Assembly (NCBI RefSeq): GCF_009914755.1
Contig: NC_060927.1
DNA: 64,000 nucleotides
Source: the human T2T-CHM13v2.0 reference genome, Homo sapiens
Reading direction: 5' to 3' (one strand)
Shown here in pieces: positions 1 to 11,677 of the stretch. The translations under genes and the position numbers were made by a program. The first letter of the stretch is position 1; each line of letters begins with the position of its first letter. The notes under the pieces are model-generated. The model ran no database searches, was not told the DNA's origin, and was given only the letters and a program-made list of their open reading frames with translations.

Positions 1-1824
1 CCTAAAACTTCTAGGTGCATCTTTCTCTAGATTTCAAAAGCACATGGGAAACAGCACTTTAGGTATTCTTTTGAATATATAACCAGGCATTCAAAAGAAT
101 GTGTTTAAAATGTGATGATGTGATATACAAAAAGAGCCATTGTATGTTATTTGCTAGAAAATCATTCCTGGGCTTTCACATGATGCCTTTTCAGTCTGGC
201 TCTCTTAAATACCTAGGGCTAAGGATAAGGCTATTTGTACTTCTGTTGATAAGAATAAAATATTTAGGAAAGTGTTCGTGTGTCATTGACTGACAACTAA
301 GTTACATTTAAATTAGCTGGCATTAGAGATTAATTTTCCGCGTGGTCATATATTATTATAATCATCTGCATTATCTTCATTAGGTTTATTTTCATGCTTT
401 ATCATGTGAAAAATTAAGTGTTTTAGTTTGTTTCTTTCAAGGTTCTGCAGCTTTATCTGTGAAAATTATTGAAGTGATTCAAATACAGTACAGCACAATT
501 CCATCCTTCCCATAAAAGGTATTTGAACATCAGAGAAAATATATTCATAATAACAAATATATTAAATACATAAGTATCTGGATTTATACATAGAAATAAA
601 CATAGTTACATAGCTCTATGGGTAAATCATTCTATACTAACCAATATGAAATCTATCAGAAGATAGTATTCTCAGATGCTAAAAATTAATCTTAACTCAC
701 ACAATTTGAAATGTACACCTATCATATTATATATTAGTGCTCTTCTTTTAATAATCACCAAGGCACTAGGACTACTGAAATATAGTGGCTTTTAGTTTGC
801 AAAATATATATTAATTATGAATAAATGAATAGACCTATAATATTACAAGTAAAATGTTTTCAACTCAGAATACTAGAAGGGCAAAAACTATGAAAATCTG
901 TCTTCTTAGGCTGTCTCATAAAAGAGTCGTTTTTAAAGCATTTATTTATTCTTTTAACACATCTTTAACAGATGCTTAGTTTGCATATAAAAAATGTTTT
1001 AGACTCTAGAATGCTTTTGCCTTCAAAATTTGAATAGTGTAACAAAATGCACATAAAACGCTTTGAAATTCACGAATAAATTTTATTCTTTTTTTTTCAA
1101 TTTTATTGTAAATTACAGAGGGTTAAAATCACTATATGTATTTTAAAAAGGGACTGAAAATCACCATGTTCTGAACAGAAGTAACTGGAGTAAAATAAGT
1201 TTGCATCCTCATAAAATTCAATACAGAACTCTAGTAGGTTAGACTATATCATAAGATTATTACTTCTAATAACCAAATCTTGAACTGTGTCCATCTAAGG
1301 AAGCATTGTCTTGGAAAAAAAATATAAAATATTTTACTATAGCTGCCATTTGTATTTTCCAGACTAATCTAAAGGAGGGAAGTTGAACAGTTTGATTTCT
1401 CCTCTTGCTTACTTGGCAATGCTCTCCTTCCTCAATTTCTAATGATGATCAGAATAGCTCAGTTCTCCATCCCAGTGATGCCTAAATGGCTATTCATGCA
1501 GTTCAGAGATTTTTTGGACAACATCTGTCTTCTTTTCCCTCTCTTTGGACTTTTAAATGTCTTTTTCTTTTAATATCTCACATCCAACCTCTTCTTATCA
1601 TGGGTTAATTGTTCAGCTCCATTAGGTTTATTACATCCTGGAGTGCAAAATGAAGAAAAGTAAATGGATTTCAGAGTTCACTGCCCACAATATGTGGTAT
1701 ATGAAAGATAACAAAATCTTTTACACTAGTTATGTTAGCATTTGGTGAACATTCCATAAGATTTTTGAAAATTAAAAGGGATTATGCAAGTTAAATATGT
1801 TAAAACTTATCACTCTCCTGTCTC

Positions 1825-1828
<4 letters not shown>

Positions 1829-1867
<39 letters not shown>

Positions 1868-1876
1868 TGTGTGTAT
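1829..1876. repeat. (TG)n microsatellite
   Basis: About 23 TG units with one G interruption, read directly. Confidence 0.95.
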
Positions 1877-2021
1877 GTGGCACGTATCCAAATACAATGA
1901 ATTTTTTCCAGTATTTTGTGTTTTTTTCTGAAACTGATTAATTCTTGATTTCTACTTGAATTTAGCATTGTTTCCTAGGGTAAACACAAGTAGATTCAGG
2001 TATTAAAAGCAAGTAGATTCA

Positions 2022-2318
2022 GGCCATGCACTGTGACTCATGCTTGTAAACCCAGAACTATGGGAGGCCAAGGTTGGAGGATCTCTTGAGCCCAGGAGTT
2101 TGAGACCAGTCAACAAAGTAAGACACTATCTCTACAAAAAAAAAAAAAATCTAGGCATGGTTGTGTGTGCCTATGATCCCATGATCCCAGATACTCAGGA
2201 GGTTGAGGTGGGAGGATTGCTTGGGTCCAGGAAGTCAAGTCTGCAGTAAGCCATGATTGTGCCACTGCTTTCCAGCCTGGGTAACAGAATAAGAGCCTCC
2301 TATCTCAGAAAAAAAAAA
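2022..2318 (+). mobile_element. Alu SINE, old (AluJ-like)
   Basis: Dimeric Alu layout: GGCC start, A-rich linker near 2136-2149, CTTGAGCCCAGGAGTTTGAGACCAG and GGAGGATTGCTTG typical of AluJ, poly(A) tail near 2309. Confidence 0.9.
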
Positions 2319-2628
2319 CAGATTAAAAAAACAGATATTTGTTTTTCAGAAACCTGATTGTTCTGTAAGAAAATATTATTTCTATATTTTTTAAATATCA
2401 TATTTATTTGGACTTAAACCCTACTTTGATTTTTCTATATGAATGTAATACTTCTTACCTATGAATCAAAGAAGAAACCACAGTTTGAAAATGAACAATA
2501 AAACTATGGCATAATAAGCCTAAAGAATTGCCAAAAGAAACATTTATGACCTAAAATGCATATATTTAAAAAATAAGAAAACTTAAAAATTAGTAACAAG
2601 CTTTTGTGTCAATAAATTAGAAAAAACA

Positions 2629-3264
2629 TGTTGGGGAAAAGCTGAGTGTTGGGAAAAAAGCTGAGGCAGGACTTGCATGTCTGACATAATGTAAAAGAGT
2701 CTTGGAACATGTCCAGGGTCCAGGATCTAAAACCCCTCATGGCCTTTGGAACACCAAGCTCTGTGCCAAAGGGTGGAAGGCTGCCCTGACACACCACAGT
2801 CTAAGCCCAGGGGATAAAACCCCTTGTGGCTTAGGTGGAATCCAGAGCTCAGGGAATAAAACCCCTCGTGGCTTCTGGAATGTGTCTAGACTTGCTGGCT
2901 CCTTGCTGCTGGCACTCCCAGGCTAATGGATCAATTGTGTCTTAAACTAGAACATATTTCCCATTATCTTGAGTAGCAGAACATGTTCCATATGCTTCAA
3001 AGAAAATGCTAAATGGTCACAACTGTAGACCATGTGCTTGATGCACCACTTTCTCTCAATCCCCACATCCTCACCACCTGCTTCTTTGTTTGATCACCAA
3101 TAAATATCATGGGCTCCCAAAGTGCAGTGCCTTTACAGCCTCCATACTAGCGTTGGCCCCTTGGTCCCACCTTATGCACTCTTAAACTTGTCTTTTCTCA
3201 TTCCTTTGACTCTGTTGGACTTTGCCGTCCCCATGGCCTGGTGTTGGATCTGATCACCCCAACA
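2629..3264 (+). mobile_element. Solo LTR of HERV-K14/HML-1 type (LTR14B-like)
   Basis: Inverted termini TGTTGGGG...CCCCAACA, exact 6-bp TSD AAAACA (2623-2628 and 3265-3270), AATAAA near 3098, start TGTTGGGGAAAAGCTGAGTGTTGGG matches recalled LTR14A/B consensus. Confidence 0.85.
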
Positions 3265-3449
3265 AAAACACACTAAACTAAGAGCAAGACAGTAAAATAT
3301 AGTAAGTAAAGATAGCATAAACAATTAAAATAGAAAGAAGGTAAAATATCAAGAAAATAAATAAAGACAAAAAGTTATTTTTGGAGAGAAAATACATCCA
3401 TAGATCCATAATATTACACCTTTGTAATTTATCAGATTGATTTTGGAAA

Positions 3450-3990
3450 CTGAACATACAGCTACAATTTCAGTCCTACATGTGTCTAATAGAAGTACAT
3501 ATGTCAGCCAAAAAGACATGTGTAGGAATTTTTCATAAACACTTTAGACAGATTATACAAAATCTGGAAACAAAAAAGATAATCAATATAACAATGGGTA
3601 TATAACCCTGAGATATTACTGAAATGGAATACCCCACAGCAATCAATAATAAAGAGGACGTCCAGCTATGAACAGTATAGATGAATCTTATGCATGTTGC
3701 ATCAAACAAAGCAAGTCAGGAGCAAATGAGTATGTGTATACATGGTATAATCTCAATTTATTAATTTCAAGAATAGGTTAATATAATTGATGGTGGTAGA
3801 TCAGAATAGTGATAACTTGTTGGGGAAATATTAATGGGGAAGGAACAGAAGGGAACATTCTTGGGTGCTGGAAATATTTATATCTTAACCTGGGGTTGTT
3901 TCATTAGTTACCTTTTTTGCATGTAAAACAGCATTGAGTTGTATACTTGAAGTATGTTAACTACATTGTTTTTATCCACCTCAAAAACTG
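3450..3990 (+). mobile_element. Ancient L1 (L1ME-like) 3' end fragment
   Basis: Degenerate L1M 3' motifs such as ATAGATGAATCTTA, AGAATAGTGATAAC and GGGTGCTGGAAATATTTATATCTT; boundaries approximate. Confidence 0.6.
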
Positions 3991-5455
3991 CAGTCATACT
4001 GCATGTGTGAGTTTCAGTTGACATGATTTAGTGAAGATGTCATTTAGATTAAAAATTAAATGGTAAAAATTGAAAAGTGCTGTGAGATAAAAGAAATAAA
4101 AATATGAATTAAATATCTGAAAATATGGTCACATTTAATAATAAAGATTGAATGCAAATGTAATATGCATTTTTATCTTCAGAGTGTGTTTAACTATACT
4201 TAATGTCAATTTATGAGAATTCAAGCCACCTAATGTAACTACTATTAGTAAAATTATAAGTTAATAAAATTTTTTTGGAGGGGATGCTGATATTGTGTAT
4301 AAAGAATAAAATGTATGTATTCTTTAAAAATAATGATATATCTCTAATAAATACTTATCCTAAGGCAATAATAAAAGAAGTGTGATCATGTTTGTGGGAA
4401 ACGCAATTGTGTTTTTCCAACAAATAAAAGTAAAAATGAAAAATTTTATTAAAAACATATTTATATTAGAAATAGGATCTTACATAAGAGAAGTGGAAAT
4501 AGATTGTCCCACATGAGAAAAGATAGTCTTGGTTCAGTAGTAGTTATACATTTACTCCATCTATCTTTTCCATTTCTTCCTAACTTGTGAGATGAGAGAA
4601 AGCAGACAGGGAGGATTATGATCATCTCTGTTTTGCTTCTTATCTATGATAATGTTCTCATTGTATGTTTTAACTGCCTTCTCTCATAAACTCCAGCAGT
4701 TGACAACTCCTCTTGCCAACTGTGGTCTGTTACCAGTCACTTACACTAGGAAGAAGTAAGGACACCATCAAATTTCTTTATAAGGTTTCATGGCTGAATG
4801 GCAAAATATTTTCACTTTTGAAGGCACTAAATCAATATTGCCTTATACATTAAATATGCATATTATGAAGTTGTTTATGTACATGTAATTATGTATAGTA
4901 TTAGCTTCAGCTGATATATCCCCTATGGACTTAATATATATGCAATAATTTTTGATGTTTTGGGAAAATAAAATGGTAATCACAAAATGATATGAAAGCA
5001 GTCACTTAAAATTAAGAATTTTTTTCTAGGAGTTTTGAAGATGACATTAAACTATGTTTTAAATCAGCTTGAACTCTGTTACCATATCCTTAATTGTGAG
5101 AAACCTTGGTCCAAAGAGATTTTATTATGAGACCAAGCAGATAGTTCATAACAAAATTGTTAATTGTTTAGTGATAATATTAAAGCATAGTAAGGAAAAT
5201 AGGGAAATCAACAAATTATTTGGTTAAAGCAAAAATATAGTAAGTATCCCTCTGTAACTCAGTAACAAAAGATGAATTGAGTATAGTCTCTTGACTTTTT
5301 TTTTTTTAGACATTTTTTGGGGGGTTAAGGGGGAGGATATACTTTTCTAATCATTATTGCTTCACAAGTACACAAATCTTAGGAACAAAATTTTAAAATT
5401 TTAAATTTTCAAAAATTAAGTTTATACCAGTATTGGTAAAGATTAAACTAAACAC

Positions 5456-5590
5456 TTTTCCTTCCTCCCTCCCTGCCTTCCTTCTTTCCTTTCTCTCTTC
5501 CTCCCTCCCTCCCTCCCTTCCTTTCTTCCCTTTTTTCCTTCCTTTTATCTTTCACTTCCTTCTGCCATTGTTTTTTATTCCTTCCTTCCA
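5456..5590. repeat. CT-rich low-complexity repeat ((CCTT)/(CCCT) units)
   Basis: Polypyrimidine tract read directly. Confidence 0.85.
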
Positions 5591-7029
5591 TCATGGACCT
5601 GAATATTTGTTTGCTGTAACTTAAATATTCTGTGCCTATAATACAGATTTTTGAAATACTGATAAAAAGTGACTACAAAATTATCTTGTAAGTTAGCCAC
5701 TTTGAGACAACCACATTTATCTAGTAACCTTTCCATTAAAATGCTGACTCTTATGTACTCACACATACAGATATACATAATCATTCAATAAGTATTTGTT
5801 GAGAATTTTAATAATCTGAAATTCAAAGAAAGACAGATTTTTTAAAAAGCAGTGTAATACTCCACAATATTTCAAGTACTTAATAAAAACTAAATTAATC
5901 ACACAGTAAGAAAAACTAAACAGTTCCCAAAAAATAATTAGGGAACTACTGCAGTTAAAAGACAAACCCTGACACCACGCAATTGCAACTCTGTCTTAAC
6001 TACAATAGAACTGTAAACAGTTTCGCAGCCCCCTCCTGTTCTAACATTTCCTGGGCTTCCCTTTACCAATTTAATACCATTTTTATGGCAGAACACAATC
6101 ACAGCAGCATATCACATATTTCCACTGAAGCATCAAGCTTTTAAAAAGCAGGGAAAACATTATATGTATAGGTGGAAATCCATTATTGCTGAATTGCAAA
6201 TTAAATGGACATACTGTAATTTTCTGACACAGTAGGAACACTGTAAAAAGAATCTGTCTTGAATTGGCATTTTCCTTTGTTTGTAACTGGCCATAAAGTA
6301 TGCTTTCTAACTAAAACTTTTAAATGCTTTTAATTAATGGAATATAAAAAATAGGCCCATGTCAAAATTAGTCCCATGTCTACTGACTAGTCATTAAAAT
6401 GTAAGGTCATGGCCTAGTTTAGCAAAAGCAAAGATAAGATTCAGTGGTTGAAATCTTAATATATGGTGAAACTTCTTATGGTTGTCTGGCTTTTTAGGAA
6501 ACCCTGTGTTTCTATTGTCTTATTTCAATAAATTATAAGCTAAATTAGATAAATTAAAATTTTTGGAAAAAAAATTAAATGAAGAGGAAATTAAAGACAA
6601 ATTTTTGTTTCAAAGAAAGAATTAGTCATTTACCTTGCTATAATTGACTACTTGGTAGTTTAGTCTATGACCTACCTGGTCATCTTTGGGAAAAATTTGT
6701 CAGAAAAAAAGAATGAGTTGGTGTTAAAAAGGTTCGACATGCTTTAAAAATACATTGTGGAATTAGATTTGGATGAGATAGATGTTTCCACATTGTTCAC
6801 AGATGTTTAATTGTCTAATCAGACAAATGGAGAGAATAACATCAACCAAGCACAAAGCCTCTTTCTTCTACAAGTGGAAGTAAGCACTTTTTGTGCTTCT
6901 CTACTAGAATCTCAAAATATTTTCTCCATCTTCATCTGAGTGTTATAAGTGGAAGACTAAATAATACCAATAACAATAATTTCCATGATTATTTTACATC
7001 ATTACATATATAAACTAAGCTCCGACATG

Positions 7030-7349
7030 TCTTGAGAATCTATGATCCCATGTCTGATGTTTTTCTCATGATTAGACTATAAAGACAAGTTTTTTTTTCT
7101 TTTTTTTTCAGAATGACCAAGGAAGTAAGTTGCCGTTTTTATCACATAATGTTAAAGGTACATATGATCAAATTAAGTTATTACTGCTGATAGTAGCCTT
7201 GATCACTTGGCTGAGGGGTTATTTTTTATCTTTCTGTACTATAAAATTACTTTTTTTTTCTTTTGTACACTGAACTCTTTGGAAGGATGTTATAAGAAGC
7301 CACCACTTAAAGGGTATGAAGTTATACTCCACCTCCTTAAGGGTGGAAT

Positions 7350-7427
<78 letters not shown>

Positions 7428-7990
7428 TAGAATTTTTCTGCACAGATATTTTTTGTTTTCAAATTTATTTATTCAAATATATTAATGTGGCTAATCAATA
7501 ATTTGTTTCTCACATTGGAAGCTTTTCAGTTGTCTCTGCGTCCCTTTGATGTGCCTTCATCATAGTAGGTTTTATTTTTTTATTTTATTTATTTAGAACT
7601 TTACTTTCCTGCACTACAAAATATTCTGGGTTTATTGTATCTCCTGTCCAAACTCAAACTTGGAATCAGCCATTTCACCAAGGAATCCTGATCTCTTTTC
7701 TTGTAAAATTGGTTTTAGAAATCAAGATATGAGTGCTGGGTGCGCTCTTTGCTATTATGGTTGCTTGTAGCCCTTCTGAGATGACAGAGAAGGAAAATAC
7801 ACAAGAGTGTGTTAACCCATATATCTATGCATATCAATAAATTTTGCTATGTTACCATCTATGTATTATGCTACACAAGGCTTCAGACTGATATCTCCAA
7901 CTCTAATTCATAATCACATGAATCATTCTAGCCTCCTCCCCTTGCCCATTTATAACTTCCCTCTTCAGCAATGAGAAACGTGGCTCCCAC
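7030..7990 (-). mobile_element. L1MC/L1MD-type 3' UTR, left part (host of the HERV-W insertion)
   Basis: Motifs CTTGATCACTTGGCTGAGG, GGAATCAGCCATTTCACCAAGGA and GAGAAACGTGGCTCCCAC; the element resumes at 14540 after the provirus. Confidence 0.7.
7359..7420. repeat. Pure (TA)31 microsatellite
   Basis: 62 bp of uninterrupted TA. Confidence 0.97.
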
Positions 7991-8753
7991 TGTTACTGGT
8001 GGGTCTTTGTTCTTAGAGCTCCCAAGATGGTGGCAGGCCACTCCCAAGTTGGGGGCCGACCATTTGTTCTGTGACCTGGGGTTCTTGGCCTCACGGATTT
8101 CAAGGAATGAAACCTTGGGCCATGCATGAGTGTTATAGCTCTATTAGAAGCCGTGGGTCACAGAAGAGAACCATTGAACCCAGTGACTAGTGTTCAGCTC
8201 AATTAGGATGAACCCGGGCACTTAGCCACGCAGGAACAATGGTGAGCCTCTAGCCTGATCAGGAGCAGCAACGGGAGCCTCGCTGGATCAGAAGCACAGT
8301 GGACACCCTGCCTGATCCAGAGGAGTGACAGTCAATGTGGGTCTGCGACAGTGGCGATCACCAGTGGTGGACAGTGAGGGAAAACTCAGCTTGAGCTGGA
8401 ACAAACATGGACTGGAAGAGCGTACATTTGCAAGATTTAGTAGAGTGAAAACAGAGTGCCCATACAAGGGGAGAGGACCCAAAGGGGGCTGCTCACTCCT
8501 GGCTCGAATGCCTGGAGTTTATATCCCAATCACTGTCCCTCCCGCTCTGCTCTCAGATGATAGATGATTTGATTATTTCTTTACGTCCTGCTTTTAGCCT
8601 AATTGGTATTTTAGTGAGCCCTCTCTACTACCTGATTGGTCAGGTGTGAGCTGAGTTACAAGCCCCATATTTCAAGATGGACATGGTCACCTTCCCCAGC
8701 TAGGCTTAGGAATTCTTAATCAGCCTAGGAAATCCAGATAATACTGTATCTCA
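7991..8753 (-). promoter_or_regulatory. Complete 3' LTR17 (U3-R-U5)
   Basis: 763 bp, TGA...ACA termini, CCAAT box at 8635-8639, TATA-like GGGATATAAA at 8518-8527, poly(A) hexamer position reads ACTAAA (8436-8441); preceded by polypurine tract GAGAGGAGGGAC. Confidence 0.93.
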
Positions 8754-8810
8754 GTCCCTCCTCTCAACAGGAAAACCCAAGTGCTGTTGGGGAGTTGGCT
8801 GATGACCGCT

Positions 8811-9070
8811 CTAACTGCCTCCTGCTGAAGTGGGGTGTAGTAGGGGTCATGCAGTTGAGATTTTGTCAGGAGGGATGCCTTCGATGTCATCAACATCGGA
8901 GCATGGGCTAGCAGGCCAGTCCAGGGGTCCGCAGTAGATCTTAGTCATGGACTGCATCTGGGGCTCCATTTCAAGAACGATTTGTAGTTTTACAGCTTCG
9001 ATTCTGGAAGAGACAAACTTAACAAGGAGGTTAAAGATACCGGGATTGAAATGTATGGCCTGAAGTGCAG
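8811..9070 (-). pseudogene. env: HERV-W env remnant (tiny SU island plus end of TM and cytoplasmic tail)
   Basis: Translates LHFRPYISIP then IFNLLVKFVSSRIEAVKLQIVLEMEPQMQSMTKIYCGPLDWPASPCSDVDDIEG...SAGGS*, homologous to the syncytin-1/MSRV Env C-terminus; internal stop present. Confidence 0.9.
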
Positions 9071-11677
9071 AGGATTATTTCTTTGGCACACTTTACAAGC
9101 CCTGACTATCTGCTTGATAGTTTTGAAAATGCCTGGTCCAGTAAATTATGATTTGGCCATCTCATGGGTGCTATCAATGCCTAAGTGAAAGGTTTGGTTA
9201 AGAGTTTTAAGTAATTTCCATTGCTTAGCTGCAGACAAAAGTATTTTTCCTTCTTCAGTGGCTAGCCATCCTGAGGGGAGGAAGCTATGTCCTCGTGAGG
9301 TTACCTATTCTATTTCTTCTGCTGAGTACTGGGGCTTGGTTTCCCAGAGGGGATTACCCCATACTAGGGGTCCTTCTATAAGCATTTCTAAAGGAGGGTC
9401 CCACCTTGTGGCTCTTTTGGGTTCAATATCTGCTCGGTGGTTTTCTTCTGTTTCCTTTTCCTTTCCTTTCTGATAACCCCAGCAGTGTAAGACTGCCACC
9501 TCTTTAGGTTTCTGTACAGCCAATAATCTCCTAGTGGCTTCCTGATGTTTGATAGATGTTCCCTCGGAAGTTAGGAATTCCCTTTCTCTCCATATTGCTG
9601 CATGGGCATGGAGGACTAGGTAAGAATTCTTAGAGTCTGTATATATATATTTTTCCTCTTTCCTTCTCCTAATTCTAGTGCCCGAGTGAGGGCTATTAGT
9701 TCTGCCAGCTGAGCGCTAGTTCCTGGAGTGAGGGGCTTACTTTCAAGTATTTATTCCATTATCACTGACCACTGCATACCCTGCCTTTCAAAGTCCTTTT
9801 TCTACAAAGGAGCTTCCATCAGTATACAAGTTGAGGTCGGGATCAGTCAGGGCAACCTTTAGAAGGTCCCCTCGAGCAGTGTAGGTTTGAGCAATTGTTG
9901 ACGGTTATGTTCCATCTTTACTTCATTGTCTGGAAGAAATGTGGCTGGGTTAAGAGTTGCACAAGTGAGCAGTCGCAGCACTGGTCCTTCAAGTAATAGG
10001 GCCTGATATTTAAGCAAATGTTGTCTGACGGCCACAAGTCTCCTTTAGCAGTGAGTATGCCATTCACATCATGAGATGTCCACATGGTAAGATCTCTTCC
10101 CTGTATTATTTTAACTGCTTCAGATACTAAGACTGCTACTGCTGCCACTGCCCATAAACAATGAGGCTAACCCTTTTCCACTACATCAATTTCCTTACTC
10201 AGCTATGCCACGGGTTGCGAGCTGGTCCCTTGGACGTGTGTAAGGAGTCCTAGAGCTATTTCTGTTTTTTTCTGTGACATATAAAGAAAAGTCTTGCCCC
10301 ATTGGCAAGCTTAACACTGGGGCTTGGGTTAAGGCTTCTTTAGGGCCTGAAAAGCTGTTTCTGCTTCAGGTGTCCATTCTACTAAATGAGTATTGGCTTT
10401 CTGAGTTTCCTTAATTAGTGTGTATAATGGCCTGGCTCTTTCGCTGTACCTGGGAATCCGTATTTGGCAGAAGCTTGTTATGCCATGGAAACCTCTTAAT
10501 TGCTTCAGGGTTTTGGGATCAGGATAAGCCAGTATAGGATGGATACATTCCTCGCTGAGGGCCCTGGTGCCTTTGGATAATTTTAACCCTAAGTATTTAA
10601 CCTGCTATAAGCAGAGCTGAGACTTTGGTTTGGAAACCTTGTAGCCACAAGTGGTGAGGAAGTTTAAAAGCACTTGGGTGGCTTGATGGCACAAGGCTTC
10701 TGCAGGGGCGGCTAGATGTAAATCATCCATGTACCAAACAACATGAGTGTTCAAGTATGAGAACTGGCTCAAGTGTTGGGCTTGGGTTGATGCCTGGCCG
10801 AATAGATGAGGGCTATCCCTGAACCCTTGGGGTAAAACATTCCAGGTGAGTTGAGACATTGGGTTAGAAGGATCTTCAAAGGCAAACAAGAATTGAGAGT
10901 CAGGATGTACAGGAATGCAGAAAAAGACATCCTTAAGGTCCAGGACTATAAACCACTCTGCCTCCTCTGGCATTTGGGAAAGCAGAGTATAAGGGTTAGG
11001 TACAGCTGGGTATAGAGGGACAATGGCCTCATTGATAATCCTGAGATCTTGCACTAACCTCTACTGTCTGTTGGGTTTCTGTACTCCTAAAATTGGAGTA
11101 TTGCAGGGGCTATTCCATGGTTTTACTAGGCCTTGGGCTTTTTTTAGGTCCTTAACAATGTTTTGGAGTCCTTTTTGGGCCTCAGGTCTAAGGGGGTACT
11201 GCCTTTGGTAGGGAAAGGAGGTGGAATCCTTTAGTTTAACATGAACGGGATGGGCATCCTTTGTTCATCCATACTGTCCTTCTGTTGCCCAGACATCAGG
11301 ATTAATTCCTTTCTCAAGTAGAGGACAACAAGCAGGTGATCCTTCTCCTATGTTCAGATGTATAATGGCCCCTGCTTTTGCTAGAATGTCTCTCCCTAAC
11401 AAAGGAGCAGGGCTTTCAGACAAAATTTGAAAGGCATGTGAAAGAGAAAAGTTCCCCAGTCACAACTTAGTGGCTGGGAGAAGTATCTAGTGACTGCCTG
11501 TCCTAGGACCCCTCAGACAGTGACAGACCTGGAGGACAGTTGTCCGGGACAGGAGAGTAAGACTGAGAAGGCTGTGCCAGTGTCCAGGAGACAGTTAACC
11601 TCCTGGTCCTCAATGGTCAAGCATAGCCGGGGCTCTGTGAGAGTGATGGCATGGGCTGGTGCTTGCCCTGGGCACCC
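9071..11677 (-). pseudogene. pol: HERV-W pro-pol remnant (protease, RT, connection, RNase H, integrase N-terminus)
   Basis: Protease LLDTGTAFSVL near 11570-11590; RT ORF 10605-11054 with LPQGFRDSP and YMDD; RNase H LYTDGSS near 9810-9830; integrase zinc-finger FHLGIDSTH...CKVC at about 9085-9190; many stops and frameshifts. Confidence 0.93.

Noticed and set aside
1987-2023. 14-bp direct repeat CAAGTAGATTCAGG with a 9-bp spacer, CRISPR-like or TSD
   Set aside because: Only two copies, both on the same side of the Alu; a simple local duplication.
7207-7501. ORFs with IYIYIY repeats
   Set aside because: Artefacts of the stop-free (TA)n repeat.
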